A DNA stretch of 63,393 nt, counting the filler, from Lenisia limosa (taxonomy: Eukaryota; Protista; Breviatea), in the NCBI GenBank assembly GCA_001655205.1. It is 12 parts of 12 records of this genome, joined end to end, with 100 filler letters (N's around TTAATTAATTAA, not from the genome) between each part and the next. Parts side by side here need not be neighbours in the genome. Positions count along the whole stretch, not along the records: positions 58,152 to 62,160 come from LPNZ01007639.1; positions 62,261 to 63,393 come from LPNZ01003632.1; 10 more parts are not named here. One strand, 5' to 3'. The notes below the pieces were generated by a model. The model was not told where the DNA came from and searched no databases. It saw only the letters and a list, made by a program, of their open reading frames with translations. This document shows positions 58,640 to 63,393 of the stretch, one piece after another (the first letter of the stretch is position 1; the number at the start of each line of letters is the position of its first letter). The translations under genes were made by a program, and so were the position numbers.

Positions 58640-61600
58640 TCATGGGAATCCCATAAATTTCTTCAAATTTGCAAAATGTGGGAGTTCCAAGTGTAATTTT
58701 AGATCCCGAATATAAACTTACGCTGACGTCATTATAACTTTTAAATAGATTTTGGTCGTTGGAACTCATAACTGTTGTTCTCATGTTAACAATAGTTACT
58801 AATAAATCCAAGTCAATGAGCCCGATTACGTATCTGGGGTTCCTAGAAATTTCTTCGGAAGTCAGGAATCCCACGTGCGTCGTATTGAACAGAACTACCA
58901 AAGGCTTCACTGCCCCCCCACCCCCTGGGTAAATTGGCATTAACACGCGTGTGAGGGTGAAGGAGCGCTCCGATATTTATGGTGATTTGCTTAAGGTAAT
59001 ATTCCTATGTATTCTTACGTTTCCCTAGATATTTAATATATTTTCTTGTTCAAAGATAAAACAAACACTCTTTATTCTGTACTCTTCCCCCTGTAAAATC
59101 CTCAAGTTAGAAATGAAAATTTGATCTTCCTGTCACATACCATAGTACCTGGGGGGTATACCCCGAATTATACACAAAAAAAAGCAGAAAACACAGAAAA
59201 CAAACTAATGATACAATCTAAAAAAAACAAACAAAAAAATAAACACAGGGATAGTGAAAAAACAAGGGTCATTTGAAGGTGTCGTCAGGTTTGGGCATCT
59301 ATGTCAATTAAGGCAATTTTCCATATTAGTAAAGTCCAAATTGGCAAGTTGCACATAAGGAAAGTCTCATTAAGGCAAGTATCCAAAAGCACAATATCCC
59401 TCCCTCCTCACACGCATTATGGAATATAACAGCTCCTCCCTCCCCATATATATCACATATAGGTCAGAGCATAAAAAGGGGCCCTATATCCATATCATAT
59501 CCATATCATACACAGTGACCTAGATAAGTCTTGCTTGCCCGATTTTCCTTGGGAAATCATATAGCAAATCGGTCGTATACTATACCGCAAAAGTTAATTT
59601 CCTTTGTCAGCCCCCCCCCCCNNNNNNNNNNNNNNNNNNNNNNNNNNNNNNNNNNNNNNNNNNNNNNNNNNNNNNNNNNNNNNNNNNNNNNNNNNNNNNN
59701 NNNNNNNNNNNNNNNNNNNNNNNNNNNNNNNNNNNNCTAGCGTGCCATCTTCCTCTTGTCTGAGGGGAGAGTAAAATTGGAAAATATGGAAAACAAAAAA
59801 GTAGACTTCTGACAAAGTTGGAATTCCCATCATTAACAAGAGAATCGCACGTAGTTTTATCGAAATCCTGCGGGATATTCAATAAATATTGATAAACATT
59901 GCTATTTTAACGGAAACTGAGATAGGAGAGAGGGGTTATAATATAAAAAACTGACTCGACAGTCAGGTAGATAATATCACAGAAATTTATGTGTGGGATT
60001 CCCAAACAAGGCGTCCCTAGTCAATTTCTAGTTCACCAGCTTACACAAGGAAGGCGAATGATTTGAGCGCTTTAGACGTCGGGCGATGCAGGGGGTTTCT
60101 ACAGGGGTTACCAGAATAACATTCAAGGACTGTCAATTTTGTTACTATTGGCGGTACTCTTAGGGGGGTTCCGTTCCCTACAGTCCGAAAAAGACCAGTA
60201 AAATATCAATATTTATCGAAGATTTATCGAGAAATTCGGCATCTTTTCGGATTGAGGGGAAGCCCAAGTTTCTACTATTGTAAACAACGTCATTATATCT
60301 GATATTATAATCATCATCATCACCATCAACAACAACTCCCCCTCACAGCTGCAGGCAAGTCTCAAGAAAATGCCGCACCGAAGGCGAGTAGTCAGCAAAG
60401 CTGATTTCGCATGTCATTTCTTCGAACACCTGTTCCGTTGTTTTGGTGGCAAAAATCTGAAGGGGTAGTAAAGGACCAAGGGAAGAGGGCGTAAGAACGG
60501 GATGAAATTACCTGAATATTTAACTCGGATTGTTGTAAATACTCCACTATATATGATACAATTACATGTAATATAGTATAATATATGATACGTATGATGT
60601 GATATATATATATTATATCAAAAAAAAAGAAAATATATATATATAGTAATATATATGTTATCTATGCCCATTCCTCCAACCTGGCTCATTCTTCTGATCA
60701 ACTGATAGGGCTCCATTTTGGGAGTATAGAACGGCGGGTGGCCTGGGGAGGGGGGGAGAGAGTAAAATTGAAAAATNNNNNNNNNNNNNNNNNNNNNNNN
60801 NNNNNNNNNNNNNNNNNNNNNNNNNNNNNNNNNNNNNNNNNNNNNNNNNNNNNNNNNNNNNNNNNNNNNNNNNNNNNNNNNNNNNNNNNNNNNNNNNNNN
60901 NNNNNNNNNNNNNNNNNNNNNNNNNNNNNNNNNNNNNNNNNNNNNNNNNNNNNNNNNNNNNNNNNNNNNNNNNNNNNNNNNNNATAAATCCTTGATAATA
61001 TCGAGATTTTCCCGGGTTTTTTTACTGAAGTGAAGCCCATCTTACTCCACAAAAACAGTATGACCTCCACGACAAGTCAGCATTAAAAATCGTAGACAGA
61101 TGTATGTATACTGATCGGGAGATTGGGAAATCATAGAGCAAATCAGTCAAGACTTATCCAATTGGATAAATGTGACCGGCCTTCTCTCCTTCGACCCCCT
61201 CCTCCTGCATTGCACCGTCCTAGCTAATATGCTGTGTAGAGACACGGCCGCCAACGCTCTCGCTGCAGCCTGCTCCGCTGATGTTGGTTGCGGATTTTAC
61301 ATAATACCCCACCCCCAATTCCTCCACCTTTAACGGTTGTGTTAAAAGTAGGGCACCATGCAATTAGTTGAAAAAAGTAATTACAAAATTTGAAGTGACA
61401 TATTGTAACCAGAACTGCAGAAGAAATGAATTGCTAAAATTAGAAATCAAAATATCTGAAATGCAGTTCTCGTTACACTATGTCCCACGTCAAATTTTGA
61501 AATTAATTTTCCAAAATTATCGCACGGAGCCCTGCATACCCCCCTCCCCTCACCTGTCAACATCTGTATAACGGTGCACCCCAGGGACCAAATGTCACTT

Positions 61601-61800
61601 GCAACTCCGTAGGTCTCACTCTGTATTAATTAGTTGCGATTGAAAGCAGGTTAGATATAGTAGTGAGAAATAAAAAATAAGGATGTATCTGGCCGAAGCC
61701 GTCCATACCATCACGCTAATAAGATATATTGGATTTTAGTCTTTTTTGAACCGAAGTGAGGCCCTGGTTACAGTTCGAAAGTATGTCTTGGTCGAGAAAA
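58640..61800 (-). CDS. Ser/Thr protein kinase (NEK-like), C-lobe plus C-terminal extension
   Basis: SETYGVASDIWSLGCTVIQMLT|GHPPFYTPKMEPYQLIRRMSQ...DYSPSVRHFLETCLQL|NPLHRPTSKAL covers subdomains IX-XI. PFYtpKM resembles NEK6/7 SPFYGDKM. Confidence 0.78.
61660..61765. mobile_element. Family D fragment abutting a family A end
   Basis: GTGAGAAATAAAAAATAAGGATGTATCTGGCCGAAGCCGTCCATACCATCACGC, then TTTTTTGAACCGAAGTGAGGCCCTG. Confidence 0.75.
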
Positions 61801-62289
61801 AGAACCGNNNNNNNNNNNNNNNNNNNNNNNNNNNNNNNNNNNNNNNNNNNNNNNNNNNNNNNNNNNNNNNNNNNNNNNNNNNNNNNNNNNNNNNNNNNNN
61901 NNNNNNNNNNNNNNNNNNNNNNNNNNNNNNNNNNNNNNNNNNNNNNNNNNNNNNNNNNNNNNNNNNNNNNNNNNNNNNNNNNNNNNNNNNNNNNNNNNGA
62001 TATTGAGCTTTATCTTTAGTCAATCGTGTCAGGACTTATCGTGGTTAGATTTTCGTTTATATTAATATTGTACGTACAAATAAATGATTTAACAACATCA
62101 AGAATGATCTAATAGTATACATATATAAATAGCAATGAGAAATAAAAAATAAGGTTGTATNNNNNNNNNNNNNNNNNNNNNNNNNNNNNNNNNNNNNNNN
62201 NNNNTTAATTAATTAANNNNNNNNNNNNNNNNNNNNNNNNNNNNNNNNNNNNNNNNNNNNAATAGTAATGATGATCATATAGCACCTAA

Positions 62290-63372
62290 AGTCATATTAT
62301 AAACACTCCCCCTCTCACGAGGTCTTCCGTCAAGCCAACTGCCTTCATATACCTCGCCTGCAGGGTACACCATTTTTCCCTTTCCTGGACAGGGTAAAAA
62401 AACAAGTTACTGTCATATCAGTAGATGAACACTATTTTATATTATATCATATGATAAAGTAATGACGAATGTTATCTCTATTAAAAAAAGGTAGATCCTA
62501 CCACTAGGCCAGCCGCCCTCGAACTGCCCTTCGTACACGTTGCCATTTCCTGTAAACGGTCACAGAGAACAGTTAAAGGGTTATATAGAATAGTTAAACG
62601 GTAAAATAAACAAGATTAATGGTGTGACCATAGTGGTCAAGACCTCCACCCAAACTCATAATGCCTCTCCTACCTCCTTCTTACCCCCATATTACAATAT
62701 CATGAATTGAAATACCCCCCTCCCCCGCACCATAGCTCAGAGTTCCTTGGCCCTGGAATAGGCCGTCAATCCACTCGCCCTCGTAAATGTCCTTGTTGCT
62801 GTACTGGTAGCGTGTCTTACGGTAACCAAGTCCTACAGGGAGGGGGGGGGGTAAAATTGGCAAATTCATGAAACAAAAAATATTTATTGAGGTTTGTCGA
62901 AGTGAAGCCCTAAATATACCATTCGGTGTTGTCTATGTTTTATGGCCCCAGCTCACCCTTCTCCATGATGTCAATATCCTTAGTGACAAGCTTCGCAACT
63001 GCATTGTGGATGGTAGTCAGCCACATAACCTGAGAGGGTAAATGTTGTATTATTTAAGCAAGAAAGGTTCTATATAATACAAAAAAAGACCGTCAAAAAA
63101 TCAATATTCTGTCATTCTTAGTACGTTGGATGGTGAGAAAAAATGACGAAAAAACATTTCCATAATATAATTGTCCCAAAAAAGACTGAATTTCTCGATA
63201 AATCCTTGATAATTATCGATGTTTACGGAATTTTTCAGACCGCAATGAATCCTTACACATAACCTAGAAGGGTGGTATAAAGATAGAATCAGGTTCCCAT
63301 ATTACCTTGTCCGAGAACTGTGGAGCGTAGATGGTGAGGGCACGTTCGGGGGTGACCAACTCAAAAGCGACG
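62290..63372 (-). CDS. PH domain plus MORN repeats, alsin (ALS2/ALS2CL)-like, internal part
   Basis: DVAFELVTPERALTIYAPQFSDK-VMWLTTIHNAV (PH C-terminus), followed by RYQYSNKDIYEGEWIDGLFQGQGTLSY, NGNVYEGQFEGG and GKMVYPAGEVYEGSWLDG (MORN). Confidence 0.75.
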
Positions 63373-63393
63373 TCAGACCCTGGGGGGGGGGGG

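Noticed and set aside
6-62869. Most six-frame ORFs, including poly-X, poly-Pro and poly-Gly ones
   Set aside because: They run through N gaps, homopolymer runs or introns, or are antisense shadows of real exons.
6290-62915. Family A as an Introner supplying donors (GT a few bases before TAGGG at about 6310, 61045, 61765, 62915)
   Set aside because: Frame reconstruction places the real donors elsewhere for the alsin-like and kinase introns. No TSD restores exon sequence, and the one complete copy lies wholly inside an intron.
1-63393. tRNA, rRNA, snRNA or ribozyme genes
   Set aside because: No cloverleaf, A/B-box pair, rRNA signature or hammerhead core was recognisable by eye. A covariance-model search would be needed to exclude them.

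Overview
Draft genomic DNA from an intron-rich, ciliated or flagellated eukaryote; the taxon cannot be assigned from this window. Twelve contigs are joined by identical artificial 100-bp linkers (N44-TTAATTAATTAA-N44), and many internal N gaps sit next to G/C homopolymers. The supplied ORF track mostly shows exon fragments, so genes were rebuilt by manual GT-AG splicing and outer boundaries are approximate. Recognisable genes are a gelsolin/villin-type protein, a mitochondrially targeted OsmC-family protein, an RBMS-type double-RRM protein, NAA40 with a long tail, IFT80, the C-terminal part of a DEAH helicase, RPA1, a cyclin, the start of a BLTP3/VPS13-like gene, a degenerate dynein heavy chain, a Ser/Thr kinase (NEK-like), a PH+MORN alsin-like gene, a probable ANTH protein and several orphans. 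Introns are either very short (about 30-60 nt) or expanded by at least six families of small repeats, named A-F here, plus a Tc1/mariner relic. The most interesting signal is that several repeats end exactly at splice signals. Family B ends at acceptors, family E supplies the putative branch point of an RPA1 intron, and family D begins at a donor. Introns also tend to have G-runs at their 5' ends and C-runs at their 3' ends. Together this suggests transposon-donated splice sites or an Introner-like process, which is inference and untested. All homology calls are from remembered family motifs; no database searches were run.
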